Assembly: GCF_037042905.1 (NCBI RefSeq)
Contig: NC_087263.1
Coordinates: 11,038,001 to 11,102,000, forward strand
Origin: Lytechinus pictus
Lineage: Eukaryota
Reading direction: 5' to 3'
DNA length: 64,000 nt
Shown: one piece after another, positions 28,801-36,800 of the stretch
Numbering within the stretch: the first letter of the stretch is position 1
Layout of the letters: the number at the start of each line of letters is the position of its first letter
Translations under genes and position numbers: made by a program
Notes under the pieces: generated by a model
What the model was told of the DNA's origin: nothing
Databases searched by the model: none
Seen by the model: the letters and a program-made list of their open reading frames with translations, nothing else

Positions 28801-31800
28801 GACGCTGGTAATCACGCAGATCCTGACGAAGGGCATCATTCTGGGAGGGGGGGGGGGGAGTGATATATATTAATTTATTTCATTCAATTTAGTTTCATTC
28901 ATTTCCGATTCTCATTAAAACATGTTGAATAAAATAAATGATACATTAAAGGATACACAACTTAAAATAAAATACAAGTAAAATGGAGCCAACAGATAAT
29001 GATCCCATAATAACTTTTCTGGATCTCATTTTGATATGTGGTATGCTCAGTGTGAACAGTCCCTTTGGAACACATGAATTTAAACTAACAATTCATTTCC
29101 ATTGTTCTCCTCTGCCTGATGTACCAAACAGGGCCCGTTCTGTTGCCTTGGACCAGTTTGGGGTCCAAGGACCAAAAATGTAGGGGTAATATGCACCTTT
29201 AATAAATATTGCTTTTTGGGGGAGATACTTTTTACAACCTACTGACCAAATCTGCAATAAATTATGGAGAAGCTTTAACATTCTAGTGAATGGGGACTTT
29301 CCGGGGCACCTTTTAAAACAAATTCAGGGCTCTATTGAGCCTATTGGGGGCAACATCGCCCTAAAGCCTGCTTTTGATTTTCATTGTACCCCTCCCTCTC
29401 GCTTCCCCTTTAACAAAAACAGCCACTTGGGGGGGGGGGCAAAATGCAGAGGAAAATTCTTAACAAGTGGAATGCCTCTGGCTGTCTCACCTGCATCACG
29501 CAATTCAATATAGCAGCAGTGCTGACTTTGAAAACTACTATCAAATAATTATTCACAAAAAACACCATTCATATAATGATACAATTCTACGTTCATTGAC
29601 ATTTGACCTCGATCATGTGACCTAACACTTGTCAGCGAAACTTGATTACCCCTATATCCACATTTTATACACTATATCTATAAACTTTGAAAGTTATGAC
29701 AGCAAACTAATAATTACCTCTAAAATGGCCAAAGTTCAATGACCTTTGATTTTGGTCATGTGACCTGAAACTCGGCCAAAATGTTCAAAGATACTTGATT
29801 ACTCTTACATGTATGTCCAAGTTTCATGAATCAGATCCATAAACTTTCAAAGTTATGATGGTAATTCAGCAGATACCCCCACATTGCCAAAGTTCATTCA
29901 CCTTTGACCTTGATCATGTGACCTGAAATTCGCACAGGATGTTCAGTGATACGTGATTACTCTTATGTCCAGGTTTTATGAACTAGACCAATAAACATTC
30001 AAAGTTATGATGGTAATTCAACAAATACCCCCAACTTGGCCAAAGTTCATTGACCTTAAATGACCTTTGACCTTAATCATGTGACCTGAAACTTGCACAG
30101 GATGTTCAGTGATACTTGATTACTCTTATGTCCAAGTTTCATGAATCAGATCCATAAACTTTCAAAGTTATGATGGTAATTCAACAGATACACCCATTCG
30201 GCTCAAGTTCATTGAACCTAAATGACCTTTGACCTACGTCATGTGACCTGAAACTCAGGCATGATGTTCAGTAATACTTGATTAACCTTATGGCCAAGTT
30301 TCATCAACTAAGTCCATATACTTTCTGAGTTATGCTGTCATTTCAAAAACTTAACCTTAGGTTAAGATTTGGTGTTGACGCCGCCGTCGGAAAAGCGGCG
30401 CCTATAGTCTCACTCAGCTATGCAGGCGAGACAAAAACTTGATATCCCAATGGACAACTTACCTCTCGCTTAATATCTCTAACATCCTTTTCTGCATCCT
30501 CTGCTCTTGTGTGGAGCTGTCATTTTAAAAGGGTACAGCAAAACAACATGGGTTAGCAATCAACTACATTATGAAAATTTATAACAATTATTTTTAGTGC
30601 TGTACTCATACATCAGCGATGTTAACTGCAAGAGGCGTAAAGTTTGATGACACTAAATTAATGTCACAATTCAATTTGATGATGGGCAATGAAAAAAGGT
30701 GCATAAATTATTCAACTGAATGTAATTAAAGGCTAAAACATATAAACACATATAGTTCAATTTTAAATATCTGAATGCAAAAGTTGATACAGTGGGAAAG
30801 AATTTAGATCATGTTCATATTTTTAATGAAAATTTATGAACAAAAATACTGGTTCTTCTATTGTATCAAAGTCATTAAACAAAAAAAAATCTGCAAGAGA
30901 ATAATCATTCATATTTTTTGTCAATTCCTTTGAACCTTTGAATACAATGTCACATTAAATGCATTTTTTTCCAGTTCTCTTTCAAACACAAGTTTTGATG
31001 AGAGTTCTTTCTTTTCTTGATGTATCCTCCTAGTGCTGGTCAAGATCTGATTTCAATGTTAGCCGATTATCGCCAGCAAAATATCGCAGATAAAAGGATA
31101 CATCACCAACTCTGAAAATTAATTTTATACATTAATTATAAGCTGCCATGCCATGAGAGCAGGAAGGGGGAAAAAAAAGTGAGGCTTACATCATGTGCTT
31201 GTCCATGAAAAACAGGTATTTGGATACCAATTATATGAAGTTCAGAGTTGGTTTAAAGTAATACAGAGTAGCATTTGTGGTAGGTAAACCTGATTAAGTT
31301 TTCATAATCAAGAATATTTTGTTCATATCATTGTTACCACGGTAAATCAACATAATCATGAAAACCTTCATGGAATATTAAACATTGTTTGAAGCATAAC
31401 CCAGCACTTATCAGGTCTGCTAACATTTGAAAATGAAAAAAATGAGTCCTAATCGTGCGGTGCAAATTTTTCTGCTCGATGTCAGGTGTGTCTCCCTCAC
31501 TTTTTTTTTGTTCAAGACATATTTAACATTCTTATATTCAAGCATTGAGAAATTACAAGTGTTGAATAATACGTCCCGTAGGACGGGCGTATAAAAACTA
31601 TATTTCTCTTACACCCATACCCTACTACACAAATACATGTATGGGCTGATTTTTTTTTTTTTCTTAAATACATGAAAACACGGAGTGCTCCTCTTTTGGG
31701 TTGATAAAAGATCTTACAAACGGGGTAACTCTTTTTAAAAAAACGGTGTAGTGGGCAGGCCTGACTTATCAAAATTAATACATTCCAGACGGGTATGGTG

Positions 31801-34800
31801 AAATGATCTCATCAACTCACTCTCTCTGATTCAGTCTTCTCCTTGTAAAGATCCCTCTCCTTCTCCTTCAGCTCCCTCTGAATTAGATCCACCTGTCGGC
31901 TCAGTTCATGGACCTCATTCTGGAGCTGACGAGTGTCCCGAGATCCGCCGGATCCACCCATGCGCTAGATAAATAAATAATAATAAAAGCGGGATTTATA
32001 TAGCGTGTATTGCCTGAGGATACAAAGCGCTTGCTATTATTACCCCAGCTTTAGCTCGAGCTACCATCACCGGCGCTCAGTGCCTGCAAGGAATTACTCC
32101 TGCCAGGTACCTGGGTCGAGTGCAGCATGGTGTGTATACATTTCTTGCTGAAGGAAAACATGCCAAGGCTAGGATTCGAATCCACAACCCTCTGTTTGAA
32201 AGGCGGGAGTCAGAACCACTAGACCATAAATGGAAATAGACTGTTAAAAACTGTGCTTCTACAGCTACTTGAAAAGAGATGAACCAACAAGGTATTTCAA
32301 CAAATCATAACCAGTAAAACAGGAAAAATACATAAACAATATAAGAGGGTGATTTAGCCAGTCATCAACTACTCATGTTTGATAAATATATATCTCAAAG
32401 GTACAATTTAAGATTAGCTATCTAATACACAGAGCCAATTAGAAACCACGTACAGTGTACCTACATGAAAGTCAATTCACTACCCATTTAAACAAATAGT
32501 AACTACAATAATAATTCAGACACAATATGTGACTTGCCATCTAAAAACAACCAATAAGTAGCCAAAAACAAATTTCAGAATGAATGGAGAAGATATTCAA
32601 AGGGTGATTTTAACTTTTTAAGTACGGTGTTGGTATTGTGACAACACTGTACTTGAAATGATGCTGGTGTTGGGTTTGACCTCAGAAAATATGACGTAAT
32701 TCCGGCAGTTAATGTTGAGCGATGATGTTGGGTGTCATCTGCTGAACCAAGCATCACAGCCGATGTTGATGATCTACGTGTCATTTCCCCATTCACCAAC
32801 ACCAACCCCCCGGGATTGGAAAAATTGTGATTTCAAGTTTGGTGTTGGTGTTGGTGATTTGAAGCCCACGAACAGGTGGCAAACAGGATGAAATATCCCT
32901 GTAAAATTAGATTTTTACAGTTAAGACGAGTGCAAATCATTGAAGCCTTAAACAATTTCATGGAAAATATTGTTTACTCTTTTGGATTCTTAAAGTGACT
33001 TTAGCCTTTGCATTCTGTACGATGAGATATTACTTTCGTCGTCGAGAAGTTCTCGCATGAAGTTGAGATGATCAGCAATGCAGAGGCGTGACATCATAGG
33101 CTATTGATAACGCGATCAGTATTGTTCCTCTAAACCAAGCTCGGTGTTGGAGCTGGGTTCAGCAGAATTTTCACGCTCTCAACACCAACACTGAACACCG
33201 AACTTGAAATCACCCAATGAGAGCATTAAAGAGTAGGAGAAATACAGTTTGGAGGTCGCTCACGCGTGGGATGTGCACAATGAACAAATCTCATTGAAAC
33301 TTCCAGGTAGTCCAGAATAAATGGTTCAGACAAGCTCTTGCATCTCTTTTTAAAACTAAACTTTACAACAAAACTTTTGGACAGTAGGAAGAATAAGAAT
33401 TTCTCTTTCAGATAAGCTAATTTTCTCATTTTCACTTTCTGAAGAACAAATTTCTATTTTGGCTATTTCCAGAGAATCTTCCCTAGCGACTTATTGTTGG
33501 TTTTGGGGTGGCAGGTTACATATAGTGTACAGAAAAAAAATCTTACCTGTAACCTCTTATTCTCCTCCTCTAATTCCCTGATCTGATCAATCAATCCTTG
33601 CTCTGTCATTTGATTTAAAATTAAAAAAAATATATATCAATAGTTCAAACAAAGAGAACAAATAAAACTTTATCTCTCTGTTCAATGTAAGATATTAAAA
33701 ATATTTTATTCTTTACTATTACACGCAAACAAGTAACTTCCAATAATATTTTGCACTAATATTTCAATGACCACTGAAGATTCTCGTGAATATTTATGTC
33801 ATGTAGGGCCCCCTAGTATATCAGTAGTCTAATTACTGATGGGGCTGCCAAGTCAAATTAACACAAAATAAATAAATGCAAATAAATAAAAACAAGAAAC
33901 TATCGCTTCCCTATTACTTCTCCTACTCCTCTTCGTCCTTTTACACCACCCCCTCCTTCATTTCATCATTATCATTTTACATTATTTTCATATACACTTC
34001 ATGGTGATGATTATGATAATCGTGATGATGATGACAACGATGATGATGATTAATGACGACGATGATGTAGATGATGACGACGACGAAGATGATGATGACC
34101 ATGATGATGAAATGATGGTGATACCAATGATGATAACAATGATGATGATGATGACTGACGAAGAAGATGATGAGGAGGAGGAGGAGGATAATAATTATTT
34201 GATGGTGAAGAAGGTAAAGATGAGGTTGAGAGCAATGGTAATGACAATGATAAGAATGACAATGATAACGACTGATTGATGAAAAAGATAAGGTATGATG
34301 ATGATGATGATAATAATAATGATGATGATAATAAAGATGATGACAAAGATGATATTGATGATGATGACGATGTTGATGATGGTGGTGACGATGGTGGTGA
34401 TGATGATTACTGATGATGAAGAAGGAAAATATGAGGCTGAGAACAATAGCAATGATAATGAGATTGATGATGTAATGATAATTATGGTATGGATGTTGAA
34501 AATGATGATGATGATTGGCAAGTTACAAACTTAAAACCAATACAAGGAGCAAAACAGGGGAGTCTCTCATGAAGCAAATAGTCAGTGATTTCTCACTGAT
34601 TCAATTGTTCTGAACCAATCAGATGCAAGGATTTCAGTAGCTTGTAACAATTATCAGTGAAAAATCACTGACTAGTTGCTTCATGAAATGCTCCCGGAAC
34701 TCTGGCCCACCATTGATAACACCCTCCTTCCCCTGCTGCGTGGCTAGCTGTTCAAGCTCTTCCAGTGCAACATTAGCCTGGGCCGCCTTCATCATCATGA

Positions 34801-36177
34801 TAGCCCTAGTCACATCAAACAGCTGCTGCCATTGGTCATCATCTTTCGCATCAGCCTTGTCAACCTGAAAATGTCCAATCAGAACAAAGCTTACAAAATA
34901 AATTTCAGAGAAACAAAATATTGTGGACCATTCAAATTCTTTGAAACAGAATGCAGAAGTTAGCTCAAAGTAACCTGCGGAGAGTTGTGTGGACAAACTC
35001 ATGACATGATAATTATTGCCACATCAAATGTCTTGTCAATATCATACCAATGATATAGAATTACTATTACACCAAGCAACTTTAGAAAATATGTTTCAAC
35101 ACTGAACTTAATCAAAGGCAACGGCCATAGACGCTCTATTGATTGTCCTTAATGCCCTCTCATTTGCCTTGGATATTTAGGTGCTTTTTTATTTCATTTT
35201 TTTTTTTTAGTTTGGCTAAATTATAGAAATAGATCTGTAAAAAAAAGAAAAAAGAAAGTGGCCATGTTGTATTGAGGTTTGAGAAAATTGGTCTCATGAT
35301 GTATGAACTGAACACCTTTAAAAAAAAATTCTTGGTTTTTTGTCACATCATATCTTACAAGGCTTTACTGTACCGGGTTTTGACGTTTCAGCACACTTAA
35401 TACCAGCTGTGGGAACAATCTCGAAATAAGTTCGAACAGAATCCAATAAAATTACTACCCAAGTGTTTGTGTGTATAAATAAAAAAAATATGTGCCAAGT
35501 GGCTCTGGAAGAAAATGCGTTGTTGAAATGATACAAATGAGCAAAATACGCACGGAAGTCCATCAAATGTCAGGTATTTTTCCCAAGCAAAATTAATACA
35601 ATGTCCCACATATGCTTTTCTGTGTTAGTGATCATCAGAGTAATCAGTTTTGAGCTATTAGATTACATGATTTCACAAAGAAAAGTCTACATTAATGTAC
35701 CAGATCAAGATATATGATAACATGGTGACAATTAACCTGGATTTTAAGACTTTCTCATGAAATAATTGTTTGCTGCAACTATATTTTACTTTGTTAAACC
35801 TACCCCCCCCCCCCCCAGTCTGCTGTGCAAACCCTTCACTCAAGGATCTGAATTACAGCCTACTCATGCCTTGTGTACTGAAGGCCCTCTCACTCAGGAA
35901 TTGAAACAGCAAGTTTTGTATGTGCTAGTCTTTGCGTGGAGACGCACTTGTTGATCAAAGTTTCAATCAGGGTCTGTGCCTGCAGACTACCCCCTCCTCC
36001 GGCCCTAGATTGTATCGTGCACAAGGGATGCTCAGGACAGCATCACGTCAAAAAGGGGGGAAAAATGAAGGATTACATTCTTACATCAGCTAACTCTTCA
36101 AAGAGCTCATCAGCCAGCTCATCCGACATCTCTGTACTCTCCACGTCCATGATCTTGTCCCAGTCGATGGGCGCCAT
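227..36177 (-). CDS. CEP290: Centrosomal protein of 290 kDa (CEP290), N-terminal ~1313 aa in 29 coding exons; continues beyond the left edge
   Basis: Spliced translation is colinear with recalled vertebrate CEP290 (e.g. LKAQVDQLTGRNEELR, FAVLRHQQGLLY, EMKELNERQRAEH, LRRQFSGAVPL). Exons are bounded by AG/GT (one GC donor) with consistent phases. Confidence 0.96.
676..862 (-). mobile_element. tRNA-derived SINE
   Basis: Head with A box (tggctcagttgg) and B box (gagttcaaacc) followed by non-tRNA body. Confidence 0.75.
1253..1455 (-). CDS. CEP290: CEP290 coding exon 28 (KLHHHIVALQVSE...HLRRTVQ)
   Basis: cag|GT ... CAA|gtaatg. Confidence 0.93.
1484..1565. repeat. (GATA)n/(GACA)n microsatellite
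   Basis: Direct inspection. Confidence 0.9.
2334..2870. mobile_element. Kolobok-like MITE with long imperfect inverted arms
   Basis: TTAA|aggacaagtccacccc start; internal inverted segments (acattttaaagtttcgctt / aagcgaaactttaaaatg); right end degenerate. Confidence 0.7.
3111..3243 (-). CDS. CEP290: CEP290 coding exon 27 (EMVDVAS...SRDKEVQSLRQQLLDIQTQSDEKAII)
   Basis: tag|GAA ... TAG|gtaacg. Confidence 0.93.
3745..3903 (-). CDS. CEP290: CEP290 coding exon 26 (LTKLNL...LRDEL...DKLK)
   Basis: cag|TTG ... AAG|gtaagg. Confidence 0.93.
4439..4650 (+). mobile_element. tRNA-derived SINE (family A)
   Basis: Degenerate tRNA head; core ttcagcaagaaatttacccacactgtgctgcactc...aatgggtacc shared with other copies. 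Confidence 0.75.
4755..5161. mobile_element. hAT-like MITE with 5-bp TSD (hAT5-type)
   Basis: TIR cagggttcccagc / gctgggaatcctg; TSD CATTA on both sides; subterminal ttccctga repeats. Confidence 0.8.
5175..5374 (-). CDS. CEP290: CEP290 coding exon 25 (ALGKKRG...EMKELNERQRAEH...KFAD)
   Basis: cag|AG ... GAT|gtgagt. Confidence 0.94.
5906..6020 (-). CDS. CEP290: CEP290 coding exon 24 (GENQRL...KEKLHTLEQA...LQ)
   Basis: cag|GGT ... AAG|gtatgt. Confidence 0.92.
6028..6297 (-). mobile_element. tRNA-derived SINE (family A-related) with (TTA)n tail
   Basis: Head tagaggtgttgtggcttagtgg...gttcgaatc; core tgggtacc; tail ends beside the exon 24 acceptor. Confidence 0.72.
6612..6785 (-). CDS. CEP290: CEP290 coding exon 23 (EASQFKVAALQRVLDDSVP...DQLE)
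   Basis: cag|GAG ... GAG|gtgaga. Confidence 0.93.
6865..7826 (+). mobile_element. 5'-truncated L2/CR1-type LINE fragment (RT C-terminus, 3' UTR, tail) in a CEP290 intron
   Basis: ORF with LYSTLVLSHMNYGILAWG, IQKRAIR and GPRFWNDLP; ends AATAAA-(ATCAA)n. Confidence 0.88.
9058..9538. mobile_element. Non-autonomous element with a ~150-bp internal palindrome (Crypton-like)
   Basis: Long hairpin 9058-9211 around caacgaggcgttagccgagttg; gtgttgcac ... gttgtacaacac ends. Confidence 0.5.
9551..9631 (-). CDS. CEP290: CEP290 coding exon 22 (EVNKLRNEMVQMESAITERMGYLQRHK)
   Basis: cag|GAA ... AAG|gtatgt. Confidence 0.92.
10460..10609 (-). CDS. CEP290: CEP290 coding exon 21 (RLLESL...RKVTVLRVNEKAL...LRK)
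   Basis: cag|CGT ... AAG|gtgaga. Confidence 0.93.
11414..11512 (-). CDS. CEP290: CEP290 coding exon 20 (VDGWQQQDKSWKEEKQKL...QEFN)
   Basis: tag|GTT ... AAT|gtaggt. Confidence 0.87.
11515..11760 (-). mobile_element. LINE-type 3' end with (TTTGAA)n tail abutting the exon 20 acceptor
   Basis: Minus strand reads short stem-loop, AATAAA, then (ATTTGA)n directly before ag|exon. The 5' extent is uncertain. Confidence 0.6.
12185..12585. repeat. ~200-bp tandem duplication covering the 3' part of CEP290 exon 19 and adjacent intron
   Basis: 12185-12395 is closely similar to 12396-12585. Confidence 0.92.
12538..12657 (-). CDS. CEP290: CEP290 coding exon 19 (ELSVREDQL...FAVLRHQQGLLYQEYQEK)
   Basis: aag|GAG ... 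AAG|gtattg. Confidence 0.9.
12720..12912 (+). mobile_element. LINE 3'-end fragment related to the 6865-7826 element
   Basis: acaagcctggcttttc stem-loop resembling 7626-7650; ends aataaatgaaatcaaatg. Confidence 0.45.
13170..13405. repeat. (CAT/CAC)n microsatellite
   Basis: Direct inspection. Confidence 0.95.
13457..13612 (-). CDS. CEP290: CEP290 coding exon 18 (ITRLQQDL...SSAEIIASLNEQLVHALQ)
   Basis: cag|ATT ... CAG|gcaagt (GC donor). Confidence 0.88.
13735..13823. repeat. (TG)n and (TA)n microsatellites
   Basis: Direct inspection. Confidence 0.95.
14284..14709. mobile_element. hAT-like MITE with 6-bp TSD (hAT6-type)
   Basis: TIR cagacctgccaacc / ggttggcaggtctg; TSD GGACAC. Confidence 0.8.
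14992..15156 (-). CDS. CEP290: CEP290 coding exon 17 (LFESKDSK...LKAQVDQLTGRNEELRRELR...ETK)
   Basis: cag|CTG ... AAG|gtatga; highly conserved motif. Confidence 0.95.
15713..16740 (-). mobile_element. Helentron-associated (HINE/DINE-like) non-autonomous element with internal ~130-bp tandem repeats
   Basis: Sub-terminal IR gtctcgcctgca / tgcaggcaagac, adjacent (GCC)n, tandem core units containing gacctttgaccttggtcatgtgacctgaaact, A/T-rich ends without TSD. Nested in another MITE (~15590-16820). Confidence 0.75.
16849..17079 (-). CDS. CEP290: CEP290 coding exon 16 (THQLEQEV...MKEILQ...PTLERLCL)
   Basis: tag|ACC ... TT|gtgagt. Confidence 0.9.
17086..17358 (-). mobile_element. tRNA-derived SINE (family A)
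   Basis: A/B boxes and the same core as 4439-4650 and 31972-32227. Confidence 0.8.
18168..18324 (-). CDS. CEP290: CEP290 coding exon 15 (GVALGLTADEM...SVRVR)
   Basis: cag|G ... AGG|gtaaaa. Confidence 0.88.
18597..19191. mobile_element. Kolobok-like MITE nested in a larger element (~18411-19767)
   Basis: TTAA|aggggaatcca...tggattcccct|TTAA. Confidence 0.8.
19906..19994 (-). CDS. CEP290: CEP290 coding exon 14 (VLAKEVERLEEERVSLKKQIRSLATQRAQ)
   Basis: cag|GTT ... GAG|gtacgt. Confidence 0.92.
20110..20384. mobile_element. Palindromic GGGCCC-ended MITE; related small MITEs at ~27722, ~28325, ~34556 and ~43860
   Basis: gggccccgtcatacaaagagttac / gtaactctttgtaagacggggccc TIR. Confidence 0.7.
20602..20779 (-). 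CDS. CEP290: CEP290 coding exon 13 (NIEQLTQ...LGFDPKQPID...RALNQ)
   Basis: tag|A ... CAG|gtgaga. Confidence 0.92.
21001..21220. mobile_element. ~220-bp MITE; second copy at ~23330-23549
   Basis: gggtgttgcaagaaa / tttcttgcaacaccc TIR; nested in a repeat also seen at ~3310-3700. Confidence 0.7.
21737..21955. mobile_element. PIF/Harbinger-like MITE
   Basis: TTA|agctaaggttaca...tgtaaccctagct|TTA. Confidence 0.72.
21978..22048 (-). CDS. CEP290: CEP290 coding exon 12 (GEYGLAEAVQEIKLGKKQIALRE)
   Basis: aag|GGA acceptor (AAG type) ... AAG|gtaaat; matches recalled GVYGLEDAV. Confidence 0.9.
22540..22996 (-). mobile_element. Partial copy of the same HINE-like element
   Basis: Same core units and gacgccgccgtcggaaaag end. 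Confidence 0.75.
23105..23274 (-). CDS. CEP290: CEP290 coding exon 11 (PTVRLQN...DARKKDKELNEAINRMKDYEE)
   Basis: cag|CT ... GAG|gtat; matches recalled DAREKDKEL..KDYE. Confidence 0.92.
23990..24191. mobile_element. MITE with 4-bp TSD (Sola-like)
   Basis: ATAG|gggcaattccat...atggaattgccc|ATAG. Confidence 0.7.
24258..24381 (-). CDS. CEP290: CEP290 coding exon 10 (ALQEKEAQL...ASSGA)
   Basis: cag|GCT ... CTG|gttagt. Confidence 0.9.
25466..25588 (-). CDS. CEP290: CEP290 coding exon 9 (SALEVKDREI...VVALSK)
   Basis: cag|TCT ... AAG|gtatgc. Confidence 0.92.
26023..26112 (-). CDS. CEP290: CEP290 coding exon 8 (IKELSEKLQNQIQGDDEVMTELNSKVEVWK)
   Basis: cag|ATC ... AAG|gtatgt. Confidence 0.92.
27228..27410 (-). 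CDS. CEP290: CEP290 coding exon 7 (NLTDNNELL...VLKEQ)
   Basis: tag|AAT ... CAG|gtgatt; ORF 27186..27407. Confidence 0.92.
28284..28622 (-). mobile_element. tRNA-derived SINE interrupted by a small MITE (~28325-28460)
   Basis: Head similar to the 6028-6297 copy; gggccccatttcataaag insertion inside. Confidence 0.65.
28688..28840 (-). CDS. CEP290: CEP290 coding exon 6 (NDALRQDLRDYQRQMESQRESLKMRRGDD...EEIK)
   Basis: poly-C tract, cag|AAT ... AAG|gtaaaa. Confidence 0.92.
29462..30437 (-). mobile_element. Full copy of the same HINE-like element
   Basis: aacaagtggaatgcctctgg ... tgcaggcgagacaaaaa; a short terminal fragment also occurs at ~8496-8572. Confidence 0.78.
30463..30516 (-). CDS. CEP290: CEP290 coding exon 5 (LHTRAEDAEKDVRDIKRE)
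   Basis: cag|CTC ... GAG|gtaagt. Confidence 0.87.
31412..31763. mobile_element. hAT-like MITE with 6-bp TSD; truncated sister copy at ~22327-22530
   Basis: TIR caggtctgc / gcaggcctg; TSD ACTTAT. Confidence 0.78.
31821..31964 (-). CDS. CEP290: CEP290 coding exon 4 (RMGGSGGSRDTRQLQNEV...ESER)
   Basis: tag|CGC ... AGA|gtgagt; matches recalled GGRDTRFLRNE motif. Confidence 0.9.
31972..32227 (-). mobile_element. tRNA-derived SINE (family A)
   Basis: Closely similar to 17086-17358. Confidence 0.8.
33547..33602 (-). CDS. CEP290: CEP290 coding exon 3 (QGLIDQIRELEEENKRLQ)
   Basis: cag|AG ... CAG|gtaaga; phase 1 to 0. Confidence 0.85.
33999..34515. repeat. Degenerate (GAT)n microsatellite
   Basis: Direct inspection. 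Confidence 0.95.
34711..34864 (-). CDS. CEP290: CEP290 coding exon 2 (VDKADAKDDDQWQQLFDVTRAIMMMKA...GVIN)
   Basis: cag|GTT acceptor; donor AATG|gtgggc. A same-phase alternative donor lies 12 nt earlier. Confidence 0.85.
35816..35989. mobile_element. Second copy of the 56025-56180 MITE, in the first coding intron of CEP290
   Basis: Shared gtctgctgtgcaaacccttcactc ... gtgcctgcagacta. Confidence 0.75.
36085..36177 (-). CDS. CEP290: CEP290 coding exon 1 (MAPIDWDKIMDVESTEMSDELADELFEELAD)
   Basis: ACCATGG start context, donor GAT|gtaaga, upstream acceptor ttccttatttgcag at 36222-36223. Resembles the recalled human N-terminus MPPNINWKEIMKVD. Confidence 0.9.
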
Positions 36178-36465
36178 GGTGAAGGGTCAGTCCACTCTCC
36201 CACAGATAATTATAAACAGATCTGCAAATAAGGAAGACATACAATAGGGTATACTGAACGTGCAGAAATCACTAGAGACACAGATGGTGTATGTGTCCTA
36301 TTAGCGAGCACCTTTTATGAATTCAATCCTATCAAACATAGTAATTCCTTTAAATTTATCAAACTTCTACCATGACTGCTCAATTACATGTATGGTTGGA
36401 ACTACCCCTTATCGACCACCTAATCTTCTAAGCATCGTATCTGCGAAAATATTCATCAATTTTAC

Positions 36466-36800
36466 CCAGTTTTCGTCTCTTTTGTGCAGAAAATTGAGCA
36501 GATCAGATTCCCATGTTTCGCTCGGCGACTCCGATTCAATCCGCGTATATATCGACGAACAACGAATGCGACGATTTTCCATTTGCTAATTTGCACCCGT
36601 CTTTTGAAACCGACCACCCGCGATACACTAAGTTTACGGCCGAAATATTTTTACTCTTTCAAATTAGTTGTATGACGTCAACATGCTAAATGATCGCCTC
36701 ACTACTTCCACTGCGAGCTCCAGCGCATGATTCGACTATTGACGACGGATATTTGTTCTAAAGCCGTTTCCCATTGGATTTCTTGGTTTTTCAGCGGGGT
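36466..36800 (-). promoter_or_regulatory. Probable CEP290 non-coding first exon and promoter
   Basis: CpG-rich stretch upstream of the ATG exon; minus-strand donor TGG|gtaaaa at 36464-36465; CRE palindrome TGACGTCA at 36673-36680; CCAAT (minus) at 36773-36777. Confidence 0.55.

Noticed and set aside
34001..34534. Poly-Met/Asp and poly-Ile/Ser ORFs
   Set aside because: Translations of a (GAT)n microsatellite
36766..36782. RFX X-box expected for a ciliary gene (gtttcccattggatttc)
   Set aside because: Only the first half matches the consensus; the second half lacks the RGYAAC pattern
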